This document shows positions 1 to 9,698 of a DNA stretch of 35,981 nucleotides, piece by piece (the stretch's first letter is position 1; each line of letters begins with the position of its first letter). This stretch comes from Candidatus Iainarchaeum sp. GTDB lineage: Archaea > B1Sed10-29 > WALL01. Under the pieces are notes generated by a model that saw nothing but the letters and a program-made list of their open reading frames with translations, made no database searches and was not told where the DNA came from. The position numbers and the translations under genes were made by a program. The stretch spans positions 1 through 35,981 of the forward strand of contig JAGGYF010000038.1 in assembly GCA_021162685.1 (NCBI GenBank), written 5' to 3'.

Positions 1-2
1 CT

Positions 3-1256
3 ATTAAGGAAGCATTACGTGATTCAAACCCCTGGTGGAAGGAGGAATTCAGCATAGAGTTCAAAGAAAGAGAGGTATACAGAAAAATCCAAAAATTTTT
101 GCCTTTACCCCAGATAATAGCATTAACAGGCCTGAGGAGAGTGGGGAAAACAACATTAATGCTCAAAATTGTGGTAGATAATATAGACAAGGGCTTTAAT
201 CCCAAAAATATAATCTATTTCTCATTTGACAATTTTAGAAATATAGAAATACGAAAATTAATACAGGAATATGAGGAGATTATGGAAAAGGATTTTAGGA
301 GCGAGCCACATCTGCTCTTATTGGATGAAGTACAAAAACTAAACAATTGGGAGGAGCAAATAAAGAGAGTTTATGATTCCTTCAAGAATGTTAAGATAAT
401 AATCTCTGGCTCAGAGTCACTGTTCATAAAGAAGAAATCAAAAGAAACATTAGCAGGAAGAATTTTTGAATTTAAGGTTGAACCACTTTCATTCAAAGAA
501 TTCCTTGGCTTTAGAGGCGTTAAGTTTGAACCCATTGGGCTTTATGAAACAGAACTGATCAAATTATTTAACGAGTTTACCTTAACCCAAGGGTTTCCTG
601 AACTGGTTGGTATCAAGGACAAAGAGATTATACGAAAGTATATCCAAGAAAGCATAATAGAGAAGATTATTTACAAGGACATCCCAAGGCTTTTCAAGGT
701 TAGAGATGCAAGTACGATAGAATCCTTGCTCAATATGTTGATGGAGGAACCGGGCCAACTTATAGAGCTTTCAGATTTATCCAAAGAACTAAACATTTCA
801 AGACAAACACTCTCAAATTATTTGAGGTATCTTGAGGAATCGTTCTTGCTCAAAAAGTTATATAATTTCTCCAGAAGTAGGAGGAAAGTAGAAAGAAAAT
901 TAAAAAAGTATTACCCAACAATAATTTCTACCAATCTTCTGTTTAAGGAAGATAGAGTATATAGATCAAAGGTGTTTGAATGTTTATTAGTTAATCAGTT
1001 AAAGGCTGAATTTTTCTGGAGAGACCCATACAAGAATGAGGTAGATGTTGTTATGATAAATAAAGAGGCATTACCAGTTGAGATAAAGTATGGAAAGATA
1101 GATACAAAGGGAATACTGACATTTATGAAAAAGTTTGGAGTTGATGTGGGATACATAATTTCTTATAAAACAGAGGAAAAGAAGAGGATAGGCAACAAGA
1201 TCATTTCAATAATTCCTGCTTTCAAGTTCTTACTTGCACTGCCCATTGATATCTAA
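3..1256 (+). CDS. AAA+ ATPase, AAA_14/DUF4143 family (5'-partial)
   Basis: Frame stays open back to position 3 (IKEALRDSNPWW). Walker A GLRRVGKT, Walker B LLLDEVQ, ISGSES, C-terminal EVD...VEIK nuclease-like motif. Confidence 0.88.
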   Translation: MKEALRDSNPWWKEEFSIEFKEREVYRKIQKFLPLPQIIALTGLRRVGKTTLMLKIVVDNIDKGFNPKNIIYFSFDNFRNIEIRKLIQEYEEIMEKDFRSEPHLLLLDEVQKLNNWEEQIKRVYDSFKNVKIIISGSESLFIKKKSKETLAGRIFEFKVEPLSFKEFLGFRGVKFEPIGLYETELIKLFNEFTLTQGFPELVGIKDKEIIRKYIQESIIEKIIYKDIPRLFKVRDASTIESLLNMLMEEPGQLIELSDLSKELNISRQTLSNYLRYLEESFLLKKLYNFSRSRRKVERKLKKYYPTIISTNLLFKEDRVYRSKVFECLLVNQLKAEFFWRDPYKNEVDVVMINKEALPVEIKYGKIDTKGILTFMKKFGVDVGYIISYKTEEKKRIGNKIISIIPAFKFLLALPIDI

Positions 1257-2320
1257 ATTAGTGAGTATATCCCTATCTCCTGCTCCTGTGAGCTACCTGC
1301 TACATTTGCGACATCTCCTCTGACATACTCGCTTTCAACACCTGTGAAGATAGCAATTACTTCAACCCTTCCCTCGTATTCTGGGAGTACCCTTGCACCC
1401 CATATTACTGTTGCATCTGGTGCTACTTCCTGCGTTAGTCCATTTCCAATCTCAGTTACCTCACCTAGTGTTAGGTCTGGACCACCAGTTACGTGTATAA
1501 GGACACCTTTTGCTCCTGTATAGTCAATGTCAAGTAGTGAATTTTTCAATGTGTTCTTTATTGCATCTCTAACCTTGTTGTTTCCTACGCTTTCGCCAAC
1601 ACTAATTACACTTATGCCTCCTCCAGTCATGATTGCTCTTACATCTGCGTAGTCCAAGTTAACCAATGAAGGTATGGTAATTGTTTCTGTTATGCCTCGT
1701 ACTGTCCTTGCTATGACTTCATCAGCAACAAGGAATGCCTGCTCTATTGGGAGGTTTGGAACCAATTCAACCAATCTATTGTTATCAATAACTATCACTG
1801 TATCTGCAATCTGTTTGAGTTTTTCTATGCCAGCATCTGCCTTCTGCATGCGTGCTCTTTCCATCCTGAACGGATATGTAACTATCGCAATGACAATTGC
1901 ACCCTGCCTTTTTGCAATATCTGCAACAACAGGAGCAGAACCAGTTCCTGTTCCTCCGCCCATACCTGCTGTTATGAATACCATATCCGCGCCCTGCAAT
2001 GCTTCCTCTATTTCGTGCCTGCTTGCTTCAGCAGCCTTTTCTCCGACTTCTGGGTATCCTCCTGCTCCTAGGCCTCTTGTAACGGATTTTCCAATGAGCA
2101 ATTTTTTGATCGTGTCATGAATGAGGTTTAAATGTAGTCTATCCGTATTTAACGCGATCAATTCAGCACCACTTGCTCCTAATCGTGCAACGCGGTTTAC
2201 AGAGTTACATCCTCCCCCACCACATCCAACAACCATTATTCTGGGAGCATTTTCAATAATCTTTTTTGGTTTGGGTGTTTGATTATTAATAACGTCATTT
2301 ACCAGGCCTTCCATCACCAT
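1253..2320 (-). CDS. ftsZ: Cell division protein FtsZ
   Basis: [17 protein letters not shown], tubulin signature [15 protein letters not shown]; GGAGG RBS upstream. Confidence 0.97.
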   Translation of the reverse strand: MVMEGLVNDVINNQTPKPKKIIENAPRIMVVGCGGGGCNSVNRVARLGASGAELIALNTDRLHLNLIHDTIKKLLIGKSVTRGLGAGGYPEVGEKAAEASRHEIEEALQGADMVFITAGMGGGTGTGSAPVVADIAKRQGAIVIAIVTYPFRMERARMQKADAGIEKLKQIADTVIVIDNNRLVELVPNLPIEQAFLVADEVIARTVRGITETITIPSLVNLDYADVRAIMTGGGISVISVGESVGNNKVRDAIKNTLKNSLLDIDYTGAKGVLIHVTGGPDLTLGEVTEIGNGLTQEVAPDATVIWGARVLPEYEGRVEVIAIFTGVESEYVRGDVANVAGSSQEQEIGIYSLI

Positions 2321-2487
2321 ACCTCCAAGAGCAACTTTTAATCCTTAATTAATGAACTATAGTATATATATGTGTGCAATCAAAGGCATAGTTAAGATTT
2401 TAAACCAGTTCTGTAACGCATAGTAAGATTTCTTAATTTTTCACACTAGTGCAGAGCAAGATAACCCAAGAAAAATAGGAAATCAAA

Positions 2488-3111
2488 CTAAATTTTTGAG
2501 TACACAATACTCATAGCTTCTCTGAGGATATCCTCTGATTTATTTTCCCATTCTTCTATTTTAGATAATGCACTGTTGTTAAATTCCTCATCTTTTATCC
2601 CAGAGAGATTTATTTTGACATTAAGTATTGCTCCCCTCAATCCAGTGTGAGCGCACAGTGCTGCAACGCCAACATCTGTTATTGAATTTGGGTTTCCTAC
2701 CTCTGCAATCCTCTTTGTAAGTTTCAGCACATTATAGCAGGTATCTGCAGTTTTTAGAGGCACGCTGGCAGCCCCTTTGTATGCTTGTTGTATAGCTGCT
2801 CTCCTCTCCTGCTTCTGTTCTTCTGTTTCTTTTGGCATCTTAAATGCCTCCATGACCCCATTGAATGCTTTGGTGTCCTCATCAATTAGTTTCAATAATG
2901 CTGTTTTCAATGCTTCAGCATCCTTCCTTATTGCTACCATCTCCTCTTCCACTGCTGCATATTTTTCCTTTCCTATAGTCAGGTTACAGACCATGCATTC
3001 AAGAGAAGCAGCCAATGCACCACATAACGCAGATACGCTTCCTCCTCCTGGCGCTGGAGAGTTGGATGAAAGTTCATCCATAAATTCTGTTATCTTTTTC
3101 TCAACAAGCAT
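2488..3111 (-). CDS. Formiminotetrahydrofolate cyclodeaminase (FTCD_C family)
   Basis: LSSNSPAPGGGSVSA, GNPNSITDVGVA, NVKINL motifs; abuts the formiminotransferase. Confidence 0.93.
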   Translation of the reverse strand: MLVEKKITEFMDELSSNSPAPGGGSVSALCGALAASLECMVCNLTIGKEKYAAVEEEMVAIRKDAEALKTALLKLIDEDTKAFNGVMEAFKMPKETEEQKQERRAAIQQAYKGAASVPLKTADTCYNVLKLTKRIAEVGNPNSITDVGVAALCAHTGLRGAILNVKINLSGIKDEEFNNSALSKIEEWENKSEDILREAMSIVYSKI

Positions 3112-4008
3112 CTAGTCACCCCATATTCTATTCTCAAGCACCTGTTTTTTATCAAAATTTTCAAGCTTCAGATAGTAATCAGCGCAATCAATTAATGCAT
3201 CCATTGGGACCAAACCTATAATCTCACTTCCTATTACTTTAACGCCGTACCTGTTTGCCTCTCTTTCTATCATATCAAATACTCTATATATCGGACTTTT
3301 CTTATAATTCACAAGATTCATAGAGACCTGGGTAATCCCTCTATCCTTTAGCTCAAATCCCAATGCCTTGACATATCTCAATCCACCGGAGATATGCCTG
3401 ACCGCTTTTGCTATCTTCTTTGCAATCTCAACATTGGGTGTATCTAGATTAACATTAAATGCTATTAAAAATTCTCTTGCACCAACTGCTGTTGCACCTG
3501 CTTTACCCATCTTACTAGGACCAAAGTCGGGCTTTCTGTCCGGATTTGTTTCTATCTCCTTCTTCAATCCTTCATATTCTCCTTTTCTAACATCAGCCAA
3601 GTTTTTTCTATCTGGCCGCGTTGCAGCATATTCATAAAGATAAACAGGTATGCCCAACTCTTCGCCAATCCTTTTTCCCAGGCTTCTTGCAAGCTCAACA
3701 CATTCATCCATAGTCATATTCTTTATCGGTACAAATGGGATAACGTCTGTTGCACCCATTCGCTTATGCTCTCCTTTATGTTTATCCATATCTATAAGCT
3801 CTGCTGCCTTCCTACATGCTCTAAATGCCGCTTCTTTGGCAGGTTCTGGCTCTCCTATGAATGTAACAACTGCTCTGTTATGGTCTGGGTCCATACTATA
3901 ATCCAATAATTTCACTCCCTCAACACTTCTGATCTCATCAACAATTGCTTCAACAACTTCTTTCCTCCTTCCCTCACTGAAGTTAGGTACACATTCAACA
4001 AGTTTCAT
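3112..4008 (-). CDS. ftcD: Glutamate formiminotransferase
   Basis: MKLVECVPNFSEGR, DHNRAV, HKRMGATDVIPFVP, QVSMNL; start set at ATG 4008 after GAGGTG RBS. Confidence 0.94.
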   Translation of the reverse strand: MKLVECVPNFSEGRRKEVVEAIVDEIRSVEGVKLLDYSMDPDHNRAVVTFIGEPEPAKEAAFRACRKAAELIDMDKHKGEHKRMGATDVIPFVPIKNMTMDECVELARSLGKRIGEELGIPVYLYEYAATRPDRKNLADVRKGEYEGLKKEIETNPDRKPDFGPSKMGKAGATAVGAREFLIAFNVNLDTPNVEIAKKIAKAVRHISGGLRYVKALGFELKDRGITQVSMNLVNYKKSPIYRVFDMIEREANRYGVKVIGSEIIGLVPMDALIDCADYYLKLENFDKKQVLENRIWGD

Positions 4009-4085
4009 GAGAACACCTCGCAGTGAAAAATAAACATTCAACATTTTTAATTTTTCCTGTAAAATTGCTCAAAAAACAGAAAAGC

Positions 4086-4092
4086 TTATAAA
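4086..4092 (+). promoter_or_regulatory. TATA box (TTATAAA) for the basic-protein operon
   Basis: TTATAAA preceded by purine-rich GAAAAG BRE-like sequence, upstream of the GGGGGTG RBS. Confidence 0.6.
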
Positions 4093-4135
4093 TGAAAACA
4101 CTTTAATTGCAATTGTAACAATGGGGGTGTTCATT

Positions 4136-4270
4136 TTGGCAACAAGGAGAAGAACAACAAAAAAGAAAACAACAAGGAAGAAAAAAACAACGAAGAGGAA
4201 GACAACAAGAAAGAAGAAAACAACTAAGAAGAGGACAACAACAAGGAAGCGTAGAACACGAAGAAGATGA
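4136..4270 (+). CDS. 44-aa protamine-like Lys/Arg/Thr protein (not in ORF track)
   Basis: GGGGGTG RBS then TTG GCA; MATRRRTTKKKTTRKKKTTKRKTTRKKKTTKKRTTTRKRRTRRR; in-frame ATG at 4121 is an alternative start. Confidence 0.78.
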   Translation: MATRRRTTKKKTTRKKKTTKRKTTRKKKTTKKRTTTRKRRTRRR

Positions 4271-4303
4271 ATATTAAATAAAAAAACATATGGAGGTGTG
4301 TGT

Positions 4304-4522
4304 TTGGCATCTAAGGTTACACTGTCTTTGACAACAAAGGAGGCTACAACGCTCAAGCGCATCATAAAGAAGATTAAGACAAAGAAGAAGGCAAGGAAGA
4401 GAGCAACAAAGAAGAGAAAGGCAAAGAAGAAGGCAAAGAGAAAGGTTAAGAGGAAAGCGAGGAGAAAGAAAACAAAGAAGAAAAAGGCAAAGAAGAAGAA
4501 AAGAAGAACAAGGAGAAGATAA
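4304..4522 (+). CDS. 72-aa histone H1/protamine-like Lys/Arg-rich protein
   Basis: GGAGGTG RBS then TTG GCA; short N-terminal segment followed by a K/R/A tail ending KRRTRRR. Confidence 0.82.
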   Translation: MASKVTLSLTTKEATTLKRIIKKIKTKKKARKRATKKRKAKKKAKRKVKRKARRKKTKKKKAKKKKRRTRRR

Positions 4523-4523
4523 G

Positions 4524-4547
4524 CCTCCCTCCTTCTTATTTTATTTT
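4524..4547 (+). terminator. Pyrimidine/oligo-T terminator
   Basis: CCTCCCTCCTTCTTATTTTATTTT directly after the stop codon. Confidence 0.5.
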
Positions 4548-4605
4548 CGTTCCCCGCTCAGTAATGTTTATATATCCTATTCTCCTTTTTACCAACGGTG
4601 GTCCC

Positions 4606-6891
4606 ATGAAACGAATTATCGCATTAATCTTGCTATTATCTCTCTCATTAGCAGTTGCCCCAACCGTTCAAAACATTACGCTCTCAGATGATCCAGATAC
4701 ATTAAATGATGAAATCTTCGCAACATACTACTTCAACGATACAGACAACAACAAAGAAAACGGAACAACGTTCCAATGGTACAAAAACGGAGCAGCAATC
4801 TCAGGAGCAAGTGGCCATGTGTTCTGGGGAGATAATTTTGATAATGACACCACAGGAAATGCGCCTGCGAACTGGAGCACATATCAGGCACAAACTGGAA
4901 ATATAAAGGTTAATGATACTATATATTATGGTTCAACTGGGAAAAGCACGAGGGTTTCTGCTCATGAAGATGGGCTGCAACAAAAAAATGATGTCGCGAT
5001 ATATAAATCATTACCAACAATAGCAGCTGGTTATCTTGAAGTGTATATACGTATGCCTGACACAACAACAAACAAATATTTCATGATAGAGGAAGGAGGA
5101 CTTGCCACAGCGCAGAATATCGTTATACATTTCTCAGATTCGGGGTATATTCTCTATTATGATGATTCCGGAAACCCTCAGGTTATTACATCATATCAGG
5201 CGAACCAATGGTACCACATAAAGATAAAATGGGATAACTCAACAAACTTGGAGAGCATCTGGATAGATAATCAGCTCTTGGCAGAAAACGTGACCCAATG
5301 TGCTGCATTCACAAATGGCCCTGATACAATCAGTTTTTGGGCAATGCGGGACCCCAGCGACGCCGAATTTTTTATTGACAATGTCAGGGTTTACAATGGT
5401 TCGTTATCATTACAAAAACCAGCATTTGTGAAAAATGACCAAATAGTACTTGAAGTAACACCAAAGGATGATGCAGGCGAAACAGGAACAGCCACAAACT
5501 CATCAGCGTTCACGGCTCTGAACAGCCCACCACAGATAACTACAGCACAGAATTTCACAGCCAATCAAACAACACTAACATGGGACCATTCAGAGAGAGA
5601 TTTAGATAGCGACAGCATATCAAATGTAACTGTGACATTTTTAACATCAACAAAGCAGCAGGTTACACTCCTGGACGATCATGCAAACAGCGACTATTTT
5701 ACTCCTAATGATTATGCCTCCTACAATTATTATTCGTACTCATGTTATCCAAGGACGTGTTATGCCTATGTGATTTACACTCATAACAACCTCTACATAT
5801 CAGGAAGCCCATGTGATTCCGCAACTTCTTGGGCACAGTCTTTTGATTTTGGCCTTCAGACAAGAGCATGTATTGCCATAGGACCTGATTACACACAGCG
5901 CTGGGACCTTACAGACATACGGAAGAGTACATCTAACATCAAATACTACCGCAAATTTTCCTCATCTTCAACATCCTCTACATCTTACAGTGGCGTCCCC
6001 AACACAATTGACATCTCCTCCCTCACAGCAGGGGCAAATTTCATGAATATAACAGTATCAGACGGCATCAACTCAAAAATGTACCCATACATCTTCTTCA
6101 AACCACTATATGCAGACTACACAGGTCTAAATACATCCCTTTCAACAAATGTAACATCTTACACAGCAGACTATCAGCTTGAAAACATCAACTTAGTCTT
6201 AGATGACGGTGTAGAAGGAAACATCTCATGGAGTTCAGTAAACCTTACCAATTATTCATCTGTGCCATTTGGTTCTGCAGTAACCATCCAAAACAGAAGC
6301 ATCTCTGTTGACACCTCTACAATTCCTGAGCTGAACACATCAGCAACAATAACATTCAAAGACACAGCGCTAACAAACCTAAGCAAAGTTGTGATATGGA
6401 AACGCTCTGGAACAACAAACACAACATGTTATTACAACGGAGCAATAGTTTCAGGCAACCCATGTGGCATAGGAACTCCAACGTTCTCAGACGGAGTAGA
6501 TGACATCCAATTCACAGTACCTGGATTCTCATCCTGGAACGTTGGCCCTGACAGCGACTCAGATGGCTATTCAGATGATGCAGAGAACTCATGGGGAACA
6601 GACCCAAATGATCCAAATGACCCTGGACCATACTCTTCAGATGCTGATAATGACCTCCTAACAAACGAACAGGAAGCAAACATCGGTACAAATCCAAATG
6701 ACGCAGACACAGATGATGATGGATTTGTAGATGGAGAAGAAGTAAATATATACAACACAGACCCTACAGATTCATCTGACTATCCTGCGATCCAATCCAG
6801 CCCAATACAAGTAGCACCGGCATTTGATATACTGGGAGTAGCAGTATTAGTTTTAGGAGGCATAGCAATCTTCTTTATGGTGCAGAGATAG
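4606..6891 (+). CDS. Cell-surface glycoprotein/adhesin: Ig-like domains, lectin/LamG-like module, Asp-rich Ca-binding (TSP3-like) repeats, C-terminal anchor
   Basis: Signal peptide MKRIIALILLLSLSLAVA; many N-x-S/T sequons; DSDSDGYSD, DADNDLLTN, DTDDDGFVDG; PAF + TM + R C-terminus; TTTATATA at 4567. Confidence 0.8.
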   Translation: MKRIIALILLLSLSLAVAPTVQNITLSDDPDTLNDEIFATYYFNDTDNNKENGTTFQWYKNGAAISGASGHVFWGDNFDNDTTGNAPANWSTYQAQTGNIKVNDTIYYGSTGKSTRVSAHEDGLQQKNDVAIYKSLPTIAAGYLEVYIRMPDTTTNKYFMIEEGGLATAQNIVIHFSDSGYILYYDDSGNPQVITSYQANQWYHIKIKWDNSTNLESIWIDNQLLAENVTQCAAFTNGPDTISFWAMRDPSDAEFFIDNVRVYNGSLSLQKPAFVKNDQIVLEVTPKDDAGETGTATNSSAFTALNSPPQITTAQNFTANQTTLTWDHSERDLDSDSISNVTVTFLTSTKQQVTLLDDHANSDYFTPNDYASYNYYSYSCYPRTCYAYVIYTHNNLYISGSPCDSATSWAQSFDFGLQTRACIAIGPDYTQRWDLTDIRKSTSNIKYYRKFSSSSTSSTSYSGVPNTIDISSLTAGANFMNITVSDGINSKMYPYIFFKPLYADYTGLNTSLSTNVTSYTADYQLENINLVLDDGVEGNISWSSVNLTNYSSVPFGSAVTIQNRSISVDTSTIPELNTSATITFKDTALTNLSKVVIWKRSGTTNTTCYYNGAIVSGNPCGIGTPTFSDGVDDIQFTVPGFSSWNVGPDSDSDGYSDDAENSWGTDPNDPNDPGPYSSDADNDLLTNEQEANIGTNPNDADTDDDGFVDGEEVNIYNTDPTDSSDYPAIQSSPIQVAPAFDILGVAVLVLGGIAIFFMVQR

Positions 6892-6893
6892 AG

Positions 6894-7937
6894 TTACTTC
6901 AACTTTATCTCTTCCACCCCATATGTTATGAGTTTTATTCCGTTCCTAACGTCTTTCATATTAGCAATACTTATTGTTGAGTGTATGTTTCTCACAGGGA
7001 ACGAGATTGCTGTTGCAGGAATCCCGCCCTTACTTATTGCCATTGCGAGCGCATCTGTTGACCCCAATTCTGTAACCTCAAGCTGATACGGAATCTTATG
7101 TCTTTTAGCAACACGCACAAATTGCTCAACAAGTTCTTTGTTTGCAATAAGTTCAGAATCCTTTACTGTTATACAGGGCCCTCTACCAATGCCTTTCTTA
7201 TCAGAATTGAAGTCCTCCGAGTTTGTTGCATCTACTGCTATGCCCCAGTCAGGTGTTATCTCATACATGGCTGCTTTTGCTCCGTACAGTCCTACCTCTT
7301 CCTGTACTGTGAAGACAAAGTAGATATCCTTTTTAGATTTTTTCAATCTTTTTGCCAGCTCTATAAGCATTGCACAACCAACCCTATCATCCAATGCCTT
7401 CCCAGATATTATATCCTTGTTTATTAGTGTTGCGAATGCCCTTCTTGGTATAATATAATTACCTACACATATACCAGCATCTTCAACTTCTTTTCTTGAT
7501 TTTGCACCAACATCCACATACATTTCTTTTATTTCTGGGAATTCTTCTGTTTCTGCATCTGTGTGCAACAACTCATAGGAGATGACGCCATGTACAATAC
7601 CCTTGTTCCCTTTTATATGCACTTGTTGCGAAAGCAGTGTTTCACCACTGATTCCTCCCACAGTTGAAAATTTTATGTATCCGTCTTCTGTGATTTCCTC
7701 AACCATCAATCCGATTTCATCCATATGGGCTGCTAACATGACCTTTTGTCCCTTTCCCTTATGGTGTGCAACAAGGTTTCCAGAATGGTCTACATGCACT
7801 TCATCAACATGTGGCTTTATCTTTTCTGAGATATACTCCCTAACTACTTTTTCATCACCACTCGCGCCATACATACCTGCAAGTTCCTTTATGAGCATGA
7901 CATCTTCTGGTAATTTTGGGTACAATTTTCTCTCCAT
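6894..7937 (-). CDS. M42 family aminopeptidase (TET-like)
   Basis: AAHMDEIG, GKALDDRVG, TVQEEVGL, GSTDA, RNIHS. Confidence 0.95.
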   Translation of the reverse strand: MERKLYPKLPEDVMLIKELAGMYGASGDEKVVREYISEKIKPHVDEVHVDHSGNLVAHHKGKGQKVMLAAHMDEIGLMVEEITEDGYIKFSTVGGISGETLLSQQVHIKGNKGIVHGVISYELLHTDAETEEFPEIKEMYVDVGAKSRKEVEDAGICVGNYIIPRRAFATLINKDIISGKALDDRVGCAMLIELAKRLKKSKKDIYFVFTVQEEVGLYGAKAAMYEITPDWGIAVDATNSEDFNSDKKGIGRGPCITVKDSELIANKELVEQFVRVAKRHKIPYQLEVTELGSTDALAMAISKGGIPATAISFPVRNIHSTISIANMKDVRNGIKLITYGVEEIKLK

Positions 7938-8024
7938 GTTCTCACCGATAATATATCAGAACACCATTATTTAATGGTTTTCAATAGCAATAACTTTTTA
8001 AACTATCCCAAAGCAATTAAACCC

Positions 8025-8498
8025 ATGTTTTTTGTGGATACCTGCGTGGTGATACAAGGTACTAAATATGGACACGGTTCCTGCTCTACTATTGTCAAAC
8101 ATATGTTTGGTAATAATACGAATCCAGTTATTGCACTTACAGATTTCACGCTTGCTGAAATAGGTTTAAGGGCAGAACATAAAACAAAAAGGGCTGTAGA
8201 GGGAGCAGTCCACTCAGGCAGCATACCTTTGTATGTTACTGGAATAAAGCCAGGCGAGTGGAGTGATGAGAAACAATACGAGCATTTTATTGATAGCCGC
8301 CTTTCCTGCTTAGTACCTGACCCTAGTGACGCTGTTTTAGTTGCTGCTGCTGAGCGTTTCAATGCTGAGGGCATTATCACGCGAGACAGACACGATATCT
8401 ACACAACAAGACTATTCAATTACCTTGAACAAAAAGGCATACTCCTTTTTAAGCCAGGAGAGTTTGAGGAGAGGTATCTACATCATACTCATTTATAA
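8025..8498 (+). CDS. PIN-domain protein
   Basis: FFVDTC, TLAEI, DPSDAVLVAAA, IITRDRHD acidic PIN residues; TTTTTAAA about 25 nt upstream of ATG 8025. Confidence 0.8.
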   Translation: MFFVDTCVVIQGTKYGHGSCSTIVKHMFGNNTNPVIALTDFTLAEIGLRAEHKTKRAVEGAVHSGSIPLYVTGIKPGEWSDEKQYEHFIDSRLSCLVPDPSDAVLVAAAERFNAEGIITRDRHDIYTTRLFNYLEQKGILLFKPGEFEERYLHHTHL

Positions 8499-8501
8499 GT
8501 A
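8486..8501. promoter_or_regulatory. Candidate RbkR operator overlapping the rbkR TATA box
   Basis: Imperfect palindrome TACTCA-TTTA-TAAGTA; motif recurs upstream of ribC. Confidence 0.6.
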
Positions 8502-8521
8502 ACCTAAACCAAAAATAAGAC

Positions 8522-9166
8522 ATGCGTTCTTCTGAGCTGGATCTCTTGATATACCTAGCAGAGAAAGGAGCGTTGAAGCGATGTCATAAGATAACTACTA
8601 TAGCGCTTGCAAAGGAATTAAAGACATCGCAACAGACAGCATCGCGCTGGATTATAGAGCTACAGAGACAAGGATACATAGAGAGGAGCAACAGCGGTAT
8701 TAAACTCACAAAGAAGTCAAGGGACCTCCTAAAATCAATATATACATCACTACACAAAACGTTCTCAAAGCGATGCAGGCCAATAGATATAGAGGGAGAG
8801 CTTTTTGATGGATTTAGAGAGGCAAGGTTCTATATCTCATTGCCAGAATACACAGAGCAGTTTGAGAATAAACTCGGCTTTAAACCATATCCAGGAACAT
8901 TGAATTTAAAACTGAAGACGGTTGAGGACATGAGTAACAAGGATTTGCTTAAACATGGTATAATCATAAAAGGGTTTGAGAGGGACGGTAGGACATATGG
9001 TAAGGTAGAGTGCTTTCCGTGCATAATAAACGACAAAGTGAAGGGAGCGGTGATATTCCCAGAGCGAAACCATTATGGGCCAAATGTTATACAAATTATT
9101 GCACCGGTGAATCTCAGGAAGAAGCTTAAGATCAAGCCAGGTGATACAGTTACTATTTCTGTATAA
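8522..9166 (+). CDS. rbkR: Bifunctional HTH regulator / CTP-dependent riboflavin kinase
   Basis: N-terminal wHTH (TSQQTASRW) plus LGFKPYPGTLN, PERNHY, IIAPVNLR; precedes rib genes. Confidence 0.92.
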   Translation: MRSSELDLLIYLAEKGALKRCHKITTIALAKELKTSQQTASRWIIELQRQGYIERSNSGIKLTKKSRDLLKSIYTSLHKTFSKRCRPIDIEGELFDGFREARFYISLPEYTEQFENKLGFKPYPGTLNLKLKTVEDMSNKDLLKHGIIIKGFERDGRTYGKVECFPCIINDKVKGAVIFPERNHYGPNVIQIIAPVNLRKKLKIKPGDTVTISV

Positions 9167-9198
9167 CTCATTTTTAAGTAAATACCTATTTTAGAGTA
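9165..9198. promoter_or_regulatory. Tandem candidate RbkR operators upstream of the ribC TATA box
   Basis: AACTCA-TTTT-TAAGTA (9165-9180) and TACCTA-TTTT-AGAGTA (9183-9198), then TTTTATATAT at 9203. Confidence 0.6.
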
Positions 9199-9226
9199 TT
9201 GCTTTTATATATGCCACCAGATATAA

Positions 9227-9694
<468 letters not shown>

Positions 9695-9698
9695 TAAT

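Noticed and set aside
4069-4365. 98-aa hydrophobic minus-strand ORF
   Set aside because: Antisense shadow of the AAG/AGA/ACA-rich basic genes, which carry the RBS, promoter and terminator.
4606-6891. Possible diversity-generating retroelement target (AAC-rich surface protein)
   Set aside because: No reverse transcriptase or TR/VR pair seen in the window.
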